Of a stretch of DNA of 64,000 nt, positions 31,057 through 41,338 are shown piece after piece; the stretch's first letter is position 1, and the number at the start of each line of letters is the position of its first letter. This stretch comes from an uncultured delta proteobacterium. Its GTDB lineage: Bacteria; Desulfobacterota; Binatia; UBA9968. The notes under the pieces are model-generated. The model made no database searches. It was given only the letters and a program-made list of their open reading frames with translations, and had not been told where the DNA came from. The DNA lies in the NCBI GenBank assembly GCA_963745035.1, contig CAVUVW010000013.1, positions 1,504,001-1,568,000 on the forward strand, read 5' to 3'. Position numbers and translations under genes: made by a program.

Positions 31057-32010
31057 TTATCTGCCCGCCGCCAATTCCTTCACCGCCTGCCGAGCAAAGG
31101 AGAAGTCGCGGACCTCGTCGAGCGGCCGTTTTTTCTCGGCGAGGCGATCCATCTGAAACTCGATTTCCGCATCCGTCATCTGCCCGTCTTTCGCGAGCGC
31201 CTTGAGCTCGACATCATAGGACCGCCCGGCGATCTCGGCTGACTGCGGCACGAACTTGTTCATGATGCGGATCGTTTCGTCCCGGTTCTCCTCGATAAAC
31301 CGATTCGCCTTCAATGTGGCGCGGATCGTGCGGCGCAGCACCTGTGGGTTTTCTTTGATCAAACGATCCGCTGCAAAGAGGCCCGACGATGGCACGCCGG
31401 TTTCCGGCGGTCCGGAAATCGGCCTGAGGCCCATTTTCTGCAAGGTCAAATCGTAGGGCGGCGGCACCGAAACAGCCTGCACCGCGCCGGTGACAACCGC
31501 CTGAAACCTCAGCGAGGGATCGCCCACGGCTACGGCCTGAACCAGATTCGGATCGAGCCCTTTCATGCGCATCAACTCTCTCCCGATGATATGATCGCCG
31601 CCGTTGACCGCCGTCACGCCCAATTTCTTGCCTTTCAAATCTTGAATGTCCTTGATGATCTCCGGGCGCACCATCAAGTAGTAGACGCCTTTCTTGAGCA
31701 GGATGAAGACCGTCTTCATCGGCAGACCCTGCACCACGCCGCGAAACGTACTGACGAACGAGGTAGTGAAAGTCACGTCGCCGTTCAGCACCGCCATGGC
31801 GCCGAGGCGGGGATTGATCTGGATGAATTCGACTTCCAAGCCCTCCTCTTTGAAGAAGCCGCGCTCCTGAGCGACGTAATAGGAAGTATTCGTATTGCTC
31901 CGGCTCGAGAGCGAAATGCGGACCTTCTGCGTTTGCGCGTGGAGCAAACCGCCGATGCCAAGCAGCGTACACACCAGACAAACGCCAGCGATAATTTTCG
32001 CCATGATCAT
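31057..32010 (-). CDS. NitT/TauT ABC substrate-binding protein
   Basis: AQERGFFKEEGLEVE, DLKGKKLGV and DFSFARQA motifs. Confidence 0.88.
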   Translation of the reverse strand: MIMAKIIAGVCLVCTLLGIGGLLHAQTQKVRISLSSRSNTNTSYYVAQERGFFKEEGLEVEFIQINPRLGAMAVLNGDVTFTTSFVSTFRGVVQGLPMKTVFILLKKGVYYLMVRPEIIKDIQDLKGKKLGVTAVNGGDHIIGRELMRMKGLDPNLVQAVAVGDPSLRFQAVVTGAVQAVSVPPPYDLTLQKMGLRPISGPPETGVPSSGLFAADRLIKENPQVLRRTIRATLKANRFIEENRDETIRIMNKFVPQSAEIAGRSYDVELKALAKDGQMTDAEIEFQMDRLAEKKRPLDEVRDFSFARQAVKELAAGR

Positions 32011-32163
32011 TCGCCTCCCTAACCCGAAATGGACTTATGCAGCACGTCCCGCAATGCGCCACTGAACGGGTGATTACTAGGCCAGTGAGCGCGAGCGGTC
32101 AAGGACGAATTTCACCATCCATCTTTACAAGCTCCGGATATTTGGCCTAGAGTCGAAGCGACT

Positions 32164-33190
32164 ATGATGGATCTGGGCAGTCGAACCATTTTGCTTGTCC
32201 TGCTTCTCTCGGTCTCGGCGTGGGCCAATCCCTACCTGCCTAAACCCGGCGACCGGCCGGCAATGATCCGCGTTGCAACCTCCGCGGTCACGGGCGGATT
32301 TGTGCATCTCTACGCCGGACTCGATTATGGAATTTTCGAGAAATACGGCCTCAAGTGCGAGCACATCTATATCCGCGGCTCAGCGCCGACGCTTTCTGCG
32401 CTCGCGGGCGACCAAGTCCAGTTCAGCTATGGCGCGGCCGACGGCAGTCTTCCCGGGCTGGCCACCGGCGTCGAAGCAAAGGTCGTCGCTTCGCCTCTTG
32501 TCAAGCTTCCCTACGTCATGGTCGCGCGCAAGGAGATCCGCCGGCCCGAAGACCTCAAAGGCAAATCCATCGGCGTTACCCGGCCGGGCGACTTGAGCGC
32601 GCGCCTGTCACGCCAAGTCGTGAGAAAAGTCGGTCTGACGACCGATGAAGTGACGATCCATCCGATCGGCGGCAGCCAAACGGAGCGCTATCAAGCCATG
32701 GTCGGCAACGTCGTTCAAGCGATCCTCGTCACTCCGCCCCTGGATGTCCGCGCCAAGCGCGACGGCTTCAACGTCATCTACCGTCTGATCGATCTCGAAA
32801 TTCCGTTCATCTACAGCTCACTGCTCACGAGCCACAGGATGCTGCGCGAACGGCCCGAGACCGTGCAGCGCATGGTCGCAGCGCTCGCCGAGGCGGTGCA
32901 CTTCGTCGAGAAAAATCCGGACAAAGCAAAAGCCGCCATCGCCAAAGCGATGCGCGTCAAAGACGAAGAAGCGCTGCAATCGTCCTATAACGTGTACGCC
33001 AAAGAAATCGTCGACCGCACTATGAGTCGTGCCGGGCAAATCTGTCAGCGAAGCCGTCGATATCGCCCGCGAAACCGGCACCGTAGTTAGAAGAAAACCG
33101 GAAGAGCTTTACGACAACAGCTTCGTCAACAATCTGGAGAAAAGCGGCTTCCTCAAGGAGCTTTGGGGCAGCGAAAATTACCGGCGATAA
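32164..33190 (+). CDS. NitT/TauT ABC substrate-binding protein, tandem copy 1 (frameshift near 33025)
   Basis: NPYLPKPG, GIFEKYGL, DLKGKSIGV; C-terminus YDNSFVNNLEKSGF lies in a shifted frame. Confidence 0.85.
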
Positions 33191-33323
33191 ATATTTGCAA
33201 TCTCGAACGGACTATCTCCGGTACCAAACCCTGGCTAGCATCCCCTTTGTGCATACGGAGGTCCGAGTGGCTATCAACTCGAAAACGATCTTTACAAGCC
33301 AATCCTGTTTGTCTAATCCTCGC

Positions 33324-34338
33324 ATGAAACTAGGAATTATCGCTTCCTTTCTTCTTGGCCGCCGCTTTCGCCAATCCCTATCTTCCCAAGCCGGGCGAAA
33401 AGACGCTTTCGATGCGCGTGTCCACCTGCGCCGTTTCGGGTGGCTTCGTGCATCTCTACACCGCCCTCGACAACGGCCTGTTCGACAAGTATGGCATCAA
33501 GCTGGAGAATATCTTTATCCGCGGCAGCGCCCAGAACCTGACCGCGCTCGCGACCGACGAAGTCCAGTTTACCTATTGCGCTTCCGACGCGATTATCCCC
33601 GGCATGGCCGCAGGCATCGAAGTCGAAAATCGTTGCGTCGCCGCTGGTGAAGCTGCCGTATGTTTTGGTGACCCGCAAAGAAATCAGGCGGCCGGAGGAT
33701 CTCAAGGGCAAAGCTTTGGGCATCGCCCGCGCAGGAGACTTGAGCGACCGGCTGTCGCGCGCGGTCGTAAAAAAACTCGGCGTTGCCCAACGAAGCAGTA
33801 ACGATTCGGCCCATCGGCGGCAGCCAGGGCGAGCGCTATCAGGCGATGGCCGCCGGCATCGTTCACGGCGTGATCATCACGCCGCCGCTCGATGTCCGCG
33901 CCAAGAACGAAGGCTACAACGTCATGTATCGCCTGATCGATCTGAACATTCCGTTCATCTACAGCTCGCTCCACACCAGTCATAAAATGCTGCGCGAGCG
34001 TCCCGAGATCGTCCAGCGCATGGTCGCCGCCTTCGCCGAAATCGTCCATTTCGTCGAGAAAAATCCCGACAAGGCCAAAGCATCGATCGGCAAAGCCATG
34101 CGCACCAACGATCCGGCAAGCGCTGCAATCCGCCTACGACGTCTACGCCAGGGAAATCCTCGACCGCACCATGGTCGTCCCCGGCAAGGCAGTCGCCGAA
34201 ACCATCGAGCTCGCCCGTCAAGAGGGCGCTCCGGTCAGAAGAAAGCCGGAAGAGATCTACGACAACACTTTCGTCAACAATCTGGAAAAAAGCGGATTCA
34301 TGAAAGAGATCTGGGGAAGCGAAAATTACAAGAGGTAA
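33324..34338 (+). CDS. NitT/TauT ABC substrate-binding protein, tandem copy 2 (several frameshifts)
   Basis: Close paralog of 32164-33190 (NPYLPKPG...YRLIDL.IPFIYSSL...VEKNPDKAKA). Confidence 0.82.
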
Positions 34339-34359
34339 ACGCCCGGATCGAGTACAAGC

Positions 34360-35312
34360 TCACCGTCCCTGCACCTTTCTTAGCAAACTCATATCCTCCA
34401 AATCATCCGGCGTGAAAGTCTTCGCGACTTTCAATGCATCGCGGTAGATCTCGATCTCTTTTTCCACCGCGGCGCGCGGCTTGGTGCCGTCTTTGCTGAA
34501 GCCCAGCATCTGCGCGGCAAAGGCTTTCTCGGCCAGCGCCAAATCGATCTTGTGGTAGGTGGAAACGTACTGAACCACTTCGTTGCGATTGGCCGGATTC
34601 ACAATGTAGTTCATCGTCCGGTGCAGCGCCGCGATCATGCCGTAAACTTTTTGCGGCGTTTTCTTCACGGTTTCCGTCGCGCTGACCAGTCCGATAAAAC
34701 TCAGGGGTGCATAGGTTCTCGCTTCCGCCAGCTTCACGTAACCTTTCGCTTGCAACTCCTCCACGTACGGCGGCGCGAGCAACGTCGCCGCGACTCTCTT
34801 CGTGACCAACGATTGGATCAAGTTGTCGGTGACCTGCAAGCCGAGCAATGTAACTTTCCCGGCTTCGATCCCATTGGCGCGGAGCATCACATTGGCCGAC
34901 ATGCCCACGGCGTCGGTCAACGCCGTCACGCCGATGCTCTTGCCGACCAGATCTTGAATCGATTTGATCTCCGGCTGCGCCAGCAGCACATGCACGGGGT
35001 CCTGCTGGACGTAGAACATGCGTCGCAGCGGCAAGCCGCGCATGATCGCCGAAGTCGCCGCTCCGGTGGTCGACGAAAAGTCCAATTCGCCGGCCACCAG
35101 CGCAGCGATCGCCGTGGGCGGCGCCATCATGACGAGCTGCGGCTCGATCTGCTCGGCGGCGAAGAAACCTTTATCCTTGCCGAAATAGTACGGCATGATC
35201 GACAAGCTCTTCGATGGCATATGAATGGTCACCTTTGTCGGAGCCGAGGCGGCGAAAACCGGCTGTGCTACAAGGACCCATGCGCAAGTCAGCGATCACA
35301 CGCAGACAACAT
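34360..35312 (-). CDS. NitT/TauT ABC substrate-binding protein (signal peptide frameshifted)
   Basis: GGGAGG-ATG at 35312; KDKGFFAAEQIE, DLVGKSIGV and DMSLLRKV motifs. Confidence 0.82.
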
Positions 35313-35350
35313 CGAACCTCCCACATCATCAACGATCGTTCATCTCGCCT

Positions 35351-35942
35351 CTATTCATGAAACCGGCTCGCCGCCGCTGCGGCCACTTCCTTGACAGCCG
35401 GCAACGGGCAAAAGCCTTGCGCTTCCACGGCGAAAACCGGATTGAACTTGCTGCGGAAATTTTCCAGCGCGATGATCGCCGCCAATTCGACCAACTCTTC
35501 TTCCGAAAAATGCCGCTTTATCCGATTGAAAAAGCGATCCGTCACCCGTTTGTTCGTGTAAGTCATTCGCTCGCATAATTCCAACGCGAGCTTTTCACGC
35601 GCCGAAAACAGCGGGCTCTTTTTATAGTCGCCGAGAGCCGCTTCCACTTTTTCCGCCGACGCACCGTTGCGCATCCCACTGGACGCGTTGATGTCAATTC
35701 AATACGGGCACCCGTTGATGCTGGCGGCTTTCATGCACAGCAGATGGCGCAGATCGCCGCTGATCAGGCCCGACGCGAGAATCCCCGCTTGCAGCGCCTG
35801 GACGCCTTTTTGAATTGTCGGCCGCAGGCCATAGACTTTCGCCGTGTTCAGAATCGAGCCGTATTGCCTTTCTTGTTCTTCGAAGATCTTTTCGAGTCTC
35901 TTCGGATGCTTCATCCTTGGTGACGCCTTTGATGCGCAACAT
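35351..35942 (-). CDS. AhpD/carboxymuconolactone decarboxylase-like selenoprotein, CxxU motif (one frameshift near 35890)
   Basis: ...LRHLLCMKAASINGCPY-TGA(35701-35699)-IDINASSG-MRNG... continues in frame into ORF 35351-35674 (FSAREKLAL, FSEEELVEL, ENFRSKFN); the TGA occupies the second Cys of the AhpD CxxC. Confidence 0.82.
35670..35698 (-). promoter_or_regulatory. Putative bacterial SECIS element
   Basis: 11 nt after the UGA: CGCGUCC-AGUG-GGAUGCG, a 7-bp stem with a G-containing tetraloop. Confidence 0.65.
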
Positions 35943-35963
35943 GCCATTCTCCTGTTCTGCCGT

Positions 35964-36924
35964 CTAACGGCCGAGTTTGAGCAGGCTCGCCGCCGTCCCG
36001 CCGAGCATGCCTGCTTTGATTCTTTCATCCAGCGGTAAACGCGCGAATTTCATCGATATATTCCTTGATGCCGTCCACGCTCTTTCCTTGCTTTGGATCG
36101 CTGTTGTTGAAGTTCTGCGGATAGTCAGTGGCGAAAACCAAGCGCTCCGGCTTGATGCCTTCCAGCGCGCAGCGCAGCGCAATCGGGCTGCCTTCGAAAC
36201 CGGCCATGTCGAAATAGAGCCGGTCAAAATAGTCATCGAACGATTTGGGCAACTTGAAGCGATAGGACGAACGAGAGATTCGCTCTTTGTAGCCTGCCAA
36301 GCCGCCGCCGAAGTGAGCGAAGACAAACTGCAGATCGGGATAGCGTTCCACCACGCCGCCGGCGATGAGCCGAGTAACCGCCACACCGAGGTCGAACTCG
36401 CGCGTGAGAATCACGGGCAGCATGTAGTCTTGCATCAAACTATAGCCCTTGGGCGACAACGCCGGATGCACGAAGATCGGCACGCGCAGCCTGTTCATTA
36501 GATCGTAGAACGGCGCGAACTCCTTAGCATCCAGCGAAAGGCCATTGACCTGCGAAGAGATCGTCACGCCCTTCAAGCCGAGCTGGCTGACGGCACGCTC
36601 GAGCTCGCGTAAACCAGCGTCGCCGTCCAATACCGGCGCATGGGCCAGACCGACGAACCGGGCGGCATAATCCTTTTGCAGCCGAGCCGTGCAGTCGTTG
36701 AGCAGTTGGCAGTTGTCCAACGTCGTATCCCAGCCAAGAATGCAGCTTTGGACGGCGATGTCGATGCCGGCGCGATCCATGTCACGGAGCTGCGCTTCCA
36801 TGTCGAACAATTGCGAATGCACCGATGCATCGCGCGTGCGCACCGCTTCTTTCCTGGTCGGATCCATCCCGAGGCGCCGGCCCAATTCCGCGGGAATGTA
36901 GTGATGCTCGAAGTCGATGACCAT
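35964..36924 (-). CDS. Amidohydrolase 2 family protein (ACMSD/decarboxylase-like; frameshift near 36040)
   Basis: IDFEHHY, PIFVHP, AHFGGGL, FATDYP; true C-terminus MLGGTAASLLKLGR lies in another frame. Confidence 0.87.
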
Positions 36925-36948
36925 CGCGCCTTCCTCCGCCAATCTCGT

Positions 36949-37812
36949 CTAAACACCGTATACGATGTTGTCCGATTCTGTAATCAAGCAAACCGGCATA
37001 TGGGTTGTATTTCGCGCGTAGCCGATTTTACCCCGGCTATCTATCAAAATGATGCCCCCGGTGCTTTGGATCCTTTCGTCTTCGAGATACCTCATTGCCA
37101 CCTTGGCCGCCGTCTGAGCGTCGAGGCCCTCCTGCAAATGGCCGACAGCGCTCTTCGCCAACAGAACCCGGATAATGGCTTCACCATGGCCGGTTGCCGA
37201 AGCAGCGCCGTAATCGTCGGCATAGGTGCCGCAGCCAATCAGCGGCGAATCGCCAACGCGGCCCGGAAGCTTATTGAAGATGCCGCCCGTAGAGGTGGCG
37301 ACGGCAAGATTACCTCCGGAATCGAAGGCCACACAGCCGACCGTGCCTTGTTTGCTTTCCCAGCGCTTTCTTTCTCGCTGGACGATGAGCGATTCCGGCG
37401 AGCATTCCGGAAGCCCGCTTTGGCGCGCAAACAGCAGCGCCCCCTGCCCTGCGAGCATGACGTGGCGTCCGTCTTCCAAGATACGGCGCGCCACTTTGAT
37501 CGGATTCTTGACACCTGACAGCGCCGCCACCGCCCCGGCGCGAAGCGTCCGGCCGTCCATGATCGCCGCGTCCGTCTCGACTTGGCCGACGCTGTTCAAA
37601 GTCGATCCGGTGCCTGCGTTGAACAAAGGATCATCTTCGAGCACGACCACCGCCGCCTCAGCCGCGTCGAGCGCCGAGCCGCCCTGCTCGAGGATGTTCC
37701 AACCGGCAAGCGCCGCGTGCTTGCAGCCTTCGAGACGTGCGGGAAGGCTATCGTCTTTGATCGGCCCGGCGCCGCCGTGGACGATGATCGCCGGCCGATA
37801 TTCCACAGTCAT
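36949..37812 (-). CDS. iaaA: Isoaspartyl peptidase / L-asparaginase (Ntn hydrolase)
   Basis: IVHGGAG, LEDDPLFNAG, GTVGCVA, ATSTGG, GRVGDSP and TGHGE motifs. Confidence 0.9.
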   Translation of the reverse strand: MTVEYRPAIIVHGGAGPIKDDSLPARLEGCKHAALAGWNILEQGGSALDAAEAAVVVLEDDPLFNAGTGSTLNSVGQVETDAAIMDGRTLRAGAVAALSGVKNPIKVARRILEDGRHVMLAGQGALLFARQSGLPECSPESLIVQRERKRWESKQGTVGCVAFDSGGNLAVATSTGGIFNKLPGRVGDSPLIGCGTYADDYGAASATGHGEAIIRVLLAKSAVGHLQEGLDAQTAAKVAMRYLEDERIQSTGGIILIDSRGKIGYARNTTHMPVCLITESDNIVYGV

Positions 37813-38106
37813 GAAGATTTCCTAACGCCACGAAGCACACGAAGATTACGAACGAGTTCATGGTTGCGTATGACTATAGTTCAAAAATCGCGTGGTCTGC
37901 GCAAATGAGTCAAAAGCTGATGGCACGGGGAACGGAAAATTCCTCTCGTTATGGCGCAAAGCCCGCCAAGCTTAGAGCTCGTAAGTTTCTTCATTCCTAA
38001 ACTCCGAACTTTGCGCCTTGGCGCCTTTGCGGGAAATATTCTGGGATTTGTCGCGGCTCTCCTGTGCTGTGCCCTTCGCGGCCTTCGTCGTGACGACCGT
38101 TCCTTT

Positions 38107-38733
38107 CTATCTGAGCTCCCGCAGCACCGCCCGGCACGGGGCGCCGTCCGAACCGGCCAGTTTGACCGGCGGACAAAAAAGCTCGTAGCGTCCCGGCGGA
38201 ACTTCCGCGAGATCCACGCCTTCGAGTAGAATCACGCCATGATCGAGAAAGGCGCGATGGACGGGAACTTGCTCGTTCGCTGCCGCAGCCGACAGATAAT
38301 CGAGGCCGACCAGCTTTACGCCTCGATCGACCAGCGCTTTCGCGCCATCGACCGAGAACGGGGCAAAGCTCGCGTCGTAGTCCCCCTTTTTCAAGAGTTG
38401 GGAGTTGCGCGTCTTGAACAGCACGCGGGTTTCACCATCGATGCCGGCCCTCGCCACATCCGCTGCCGTGATGTGAGTGCCGCATTCGACCGCGCATACG
38501 CGCGCAGGACCGATAAATAAGTCCAGCGGCAACTCCTCGATGGTGATGCCGTCGGATAGGAAATGAAAAGGCGCGTCGACGTGCGTGCCGGCGTGGACGC
38601 TGGTGTGGATCGAAGACGAATTATTGGTGTCGCCGCGGCTCATGCGCTTGCGCTCGATCAATTCGAGCGGTTGCGCGGTTACCCAACGGATCGACTGCGG
38701 AGAAAGCGTCAAAGAAATATCGTATATCTTCAC
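38107..38733 (-). CDS. Cyclase family (kynurenine formamidase-like) metal hydrolase
   Basis: HAGTHVDAPFHF, GLDYLS and DGAPCRAV motifs; GTG after GGGAGG. Confidence 0.88.
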   Translation of the reverse strand: MKIYDISLTLSPQSIRWVTAQPLELIERKRMSRGDTNNSSSIHTSVHAGTHVDAPFHFLSDGITIEELPLDLFIGPARVCAVECGTHITAADVARAGIDGETRVLFKTRNSQLLKKGDYDASFAPFSVDGAKALVDRGVKLVGLDYLSAAAANEQVPVHRAFLDHGVILLEGVDLAEVPPGRYELFCPPVKLAGSDGAPCRAVLRELR

Positions 38734-38862
38734 GGCTCGACCTCCCGTTCGGATCTTATGCGAGGCGACACTGTGTGACAAGTCCATTACCACAGAACTC
38801 AAACCAATCGATCTATTTCACATTGCATAACGCCCACAGGCAATCGTAGTCAAAGACAGAAG

Positions 38863-38888
38863 GATTTCTCGCTCCGCTCGAAATGACA
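38863..38888. repeat. REP-like palindrome (reverse-oriented relative of 8687-8713)
   Basis: GATTTCTCGCTCCGCTCGAAATGACA. Confidence 0.6.
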
Positions 38889-38944
38889 ACGCCGTGATAA
38901 CGAGGATCGACAAACACGAAGTTACGATATGATCGTTCTGGTCT

Positions 38945-39827
38945 CTACTCATCGCCCGAAGTGAATGGCGAAATTACCGAGCGACGACACTGAGAATGCC
39001 CGCCACGATTTTCCAGTTGATCGATTCCACGCCGCGCAGGAAGATACGCGTTTCGATCAGCGACCACACCGGATAGCTCGCCGCGATCGGCGCGACAATG
39101 ACGACCCGGCCCAGGCTGATCGCGGTAATGATGAACAGGATGGAAAAGGTTTCGAACAATCCGGTGGCGATAAATGGCGCGATCGCCGCCCGGTTCCAGA
39201 CCAGTCGCTGGGACTGCGGCGAGACCGCTAAATAGATGAGAAATCCGCCCAGCGATACGGCGCCCATGAGAGCGGAAAAGAACAGCGGCTCGTTGGCCAT
39301 CGTCAGCACGTAGCGGCGGATGGGATGATTCATGCCCGTGAGCAACGCGGCCGCGATCGGCAGCAGCAAATGCCAGCGGCGAAAGTCGCGCAACTGCTCT
39401 TCCGGTTTCCACGAAACCAGGACGATCCCGCCGACGATCAACACGGTTCCGAGAAGAATGAGCAGCGAAGTCTCTTCGCCGAGAATCGTCACCGCAATGG
39501 CTGCGCTGAATAGCGGGCTCACCGACTGCAGTGCGCTGCTGCGCGAAGCGCCGATCTTTTCGACACCCGTGTAAGCGAACAGACGAACGCCGAGCTGAAA
39601 GATGCCGACAAGAGTAGAAAAGCAAGATTCCCGCGAGCGGCACGGCGTGGACGCCGCCGGTCACGAACACCGCCGCTCCACAAGAGGAGATTCTGCATCA
39701 GAATCGACACCAGGGTGACCGTGGTGGGCGTCGAATAGCGCAGGCCGACTCGCGCCGAAACCAGCGCCGAGGCGTAGAGGATGGAGGTGATGAACGCGAG
39801 AACCTGAGCGGTCGCCTCGGAAGTCAT
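38945..39827 (-). CDS. EamA/DMT family transporter (frameshifted)
   Basis: Multiple TM helices across ORFs 39519-39827 and 38974-39522; SPLFSAAIAVTILGE and APIAASYP motifs. Confidence 0.8.
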
Positions 39828-39920
39828 GTCAGAGTAAATTTTTGCGTCGAGACGTTACCGCGATCACGGGATATTGCGGAATGGATCAGACTGTGTCGCA
39901 ATACTACAAATGTCATCGAT

Positions 39921-40047
39921 GTCATGCTGAGCCTTCGGTAGGACTCAGGATAAACTCGTGCGACGCATGCTATTTTCCAGCAGCCGACAAAAAAGCAGAA
40001 TCTTCGGCGGAGTTATCCTGAGCGCAACGAAGGGCCTCAGAATGACA
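39921..40047. repeat. REP-like composite (GTCATGCTGAGC...CTCAGAATGACA)
   Basis: Inverted ends GTCATGCTGAG / CTCAGAATGAC with an internal CTCAGGATAA / TTATCCTGAG pair. Confidence 0.55.
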
Positions 40048-40148
40048 CTCTCACATAATCTCCGAGAGAGAAGATCAAAACACAGCAGCTTCGGAGAGAA
40101 AACAACGCTAGCAGTGACTGCGCGGAGAAAGCGTTCAACGGCTAGTCT

Positions 40149-40718
40149 TCAGCTCTTCGCCAATGTTTGTCGAAACTTTTCCCGTGTGCTCGATGCTATA
40201 CAGGCGCTGAAAATTTTCCGGATAGGCTTCCCCGGGTTCGACCTTTAAGAGTGACGAAGATCGGGCCTTCCGATTTGAGAATCTCGGGCAGCTCGCGTTC
40301 CCACTCCGTCAAATCGGCAGATCTCGTAGGTCTTGCGATAGCCGGCGGTCTTCGCCAATTCAGCGAAGCGAATCTGTCCGGCGCGCGGCGTCGGAACCGA
40401 GCCATTGGTTTCGTAGCAGCCGTTCTCGCACAGGCAGTGAATGTAATTTTTCGGCGCCTGATTGGCGATCGTCACCAGGCTGCCAAGATTCATCAGCAAG
40501 CTGCCGTCGCCGTCGAATACGACGACTTTCTTGTCCGGGCGTCCGAGCGCCAGACCCAGCGCATGAGACGATCCCTGTCCCATCGCGCCGACGAAAGTGT
40601 AGTTCAAATCGTTCGGCTGGATATGCGTGATTTCCTGCGCGGCCATGTAGACCGCGACGACGATCTCGTCTTTGCGCTGGCGCGCGAAGGCTTTCAGCAT
40701 TTCATCCCGCTTCATCAT
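40149..40718 (-). CDS. ThDP-dependent decarboxylase beta subunit (ComE / phosphonopyruvate decarboxylase-like; frameshifted)
   Basis: GAMGQGSSHALGLALG; ThDP motif DGDGSLLMNLGSL...ENGCY. Confidence 0.82.
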
Positions 40719-40720
40719 GG

Positions 40721-41232
40721 TCAGCGCGGCTCCCTTCCGATCAAGATGGCGCTCGGCGACGAGTTGGCGAAGGACTTCTCGATCACCTGCCCGATTTTTT
40801 GCGTATCGGCGTCGCGCTCGATCAAGATGATGCTCGATGCCCATGACGTCGAGAATCGGCTCGATGATCTTCACGCCGTACTTTTTCGACTGCGTCGGCG
40901 CCACATCCGGCTCCTTACCGAGCAAGCCGACGACCATACAGACCGGGAAATGGCCTTCGACCGCGACGCCGCGGATGGCATTGATCGAGTCGAGAAACCC
41001 GGTGTACTGCATCATCAACACCGACTTGTGGCCGGCGGCGTAAAGCCCGCTGCAGATCGAAACACCTTCATCTTCCTTGCACACCTGCACGACATGAAAT
41101 TCAGGATCGGCAAGCAAGCCTCTTGAGCAAATAGTGACTCGTCACGCGATCCGGCAGCGCCACGACGAAGTGAATGCCGGCGCGTTTGAATTCTTTCTTG
41201 ATCGTCGCCGCCGTGAGTGGATAGTCCGCCAT
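40721..41232 (-). CDS. ThDP-dependent decarboxylase alpha subunit (ComD-like; frameshifted)
   Basis: VVALPD...VCKEDEGVSICSGL...MMQYTGFLDSINA. Confidence 0.8.
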
Positions 41233-41338
41233 GGTTCCTCCCAGTCAAAACGTCCGTTCAAGGTTCAACCGTCTCAAAGTTCAACGTTAGTCCGGATCTC
41301 CGACTTTGAACGTTTGAACCTTGAACTTTGAACAGCCG

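Noticed and set aside
35295-35345. TGA-TGA upstream of the SBP gene as read-through codons
   Set aside because: They lie before a GGGAGG-ATG start (35312), with no redox motif or SECIS-like hairpin
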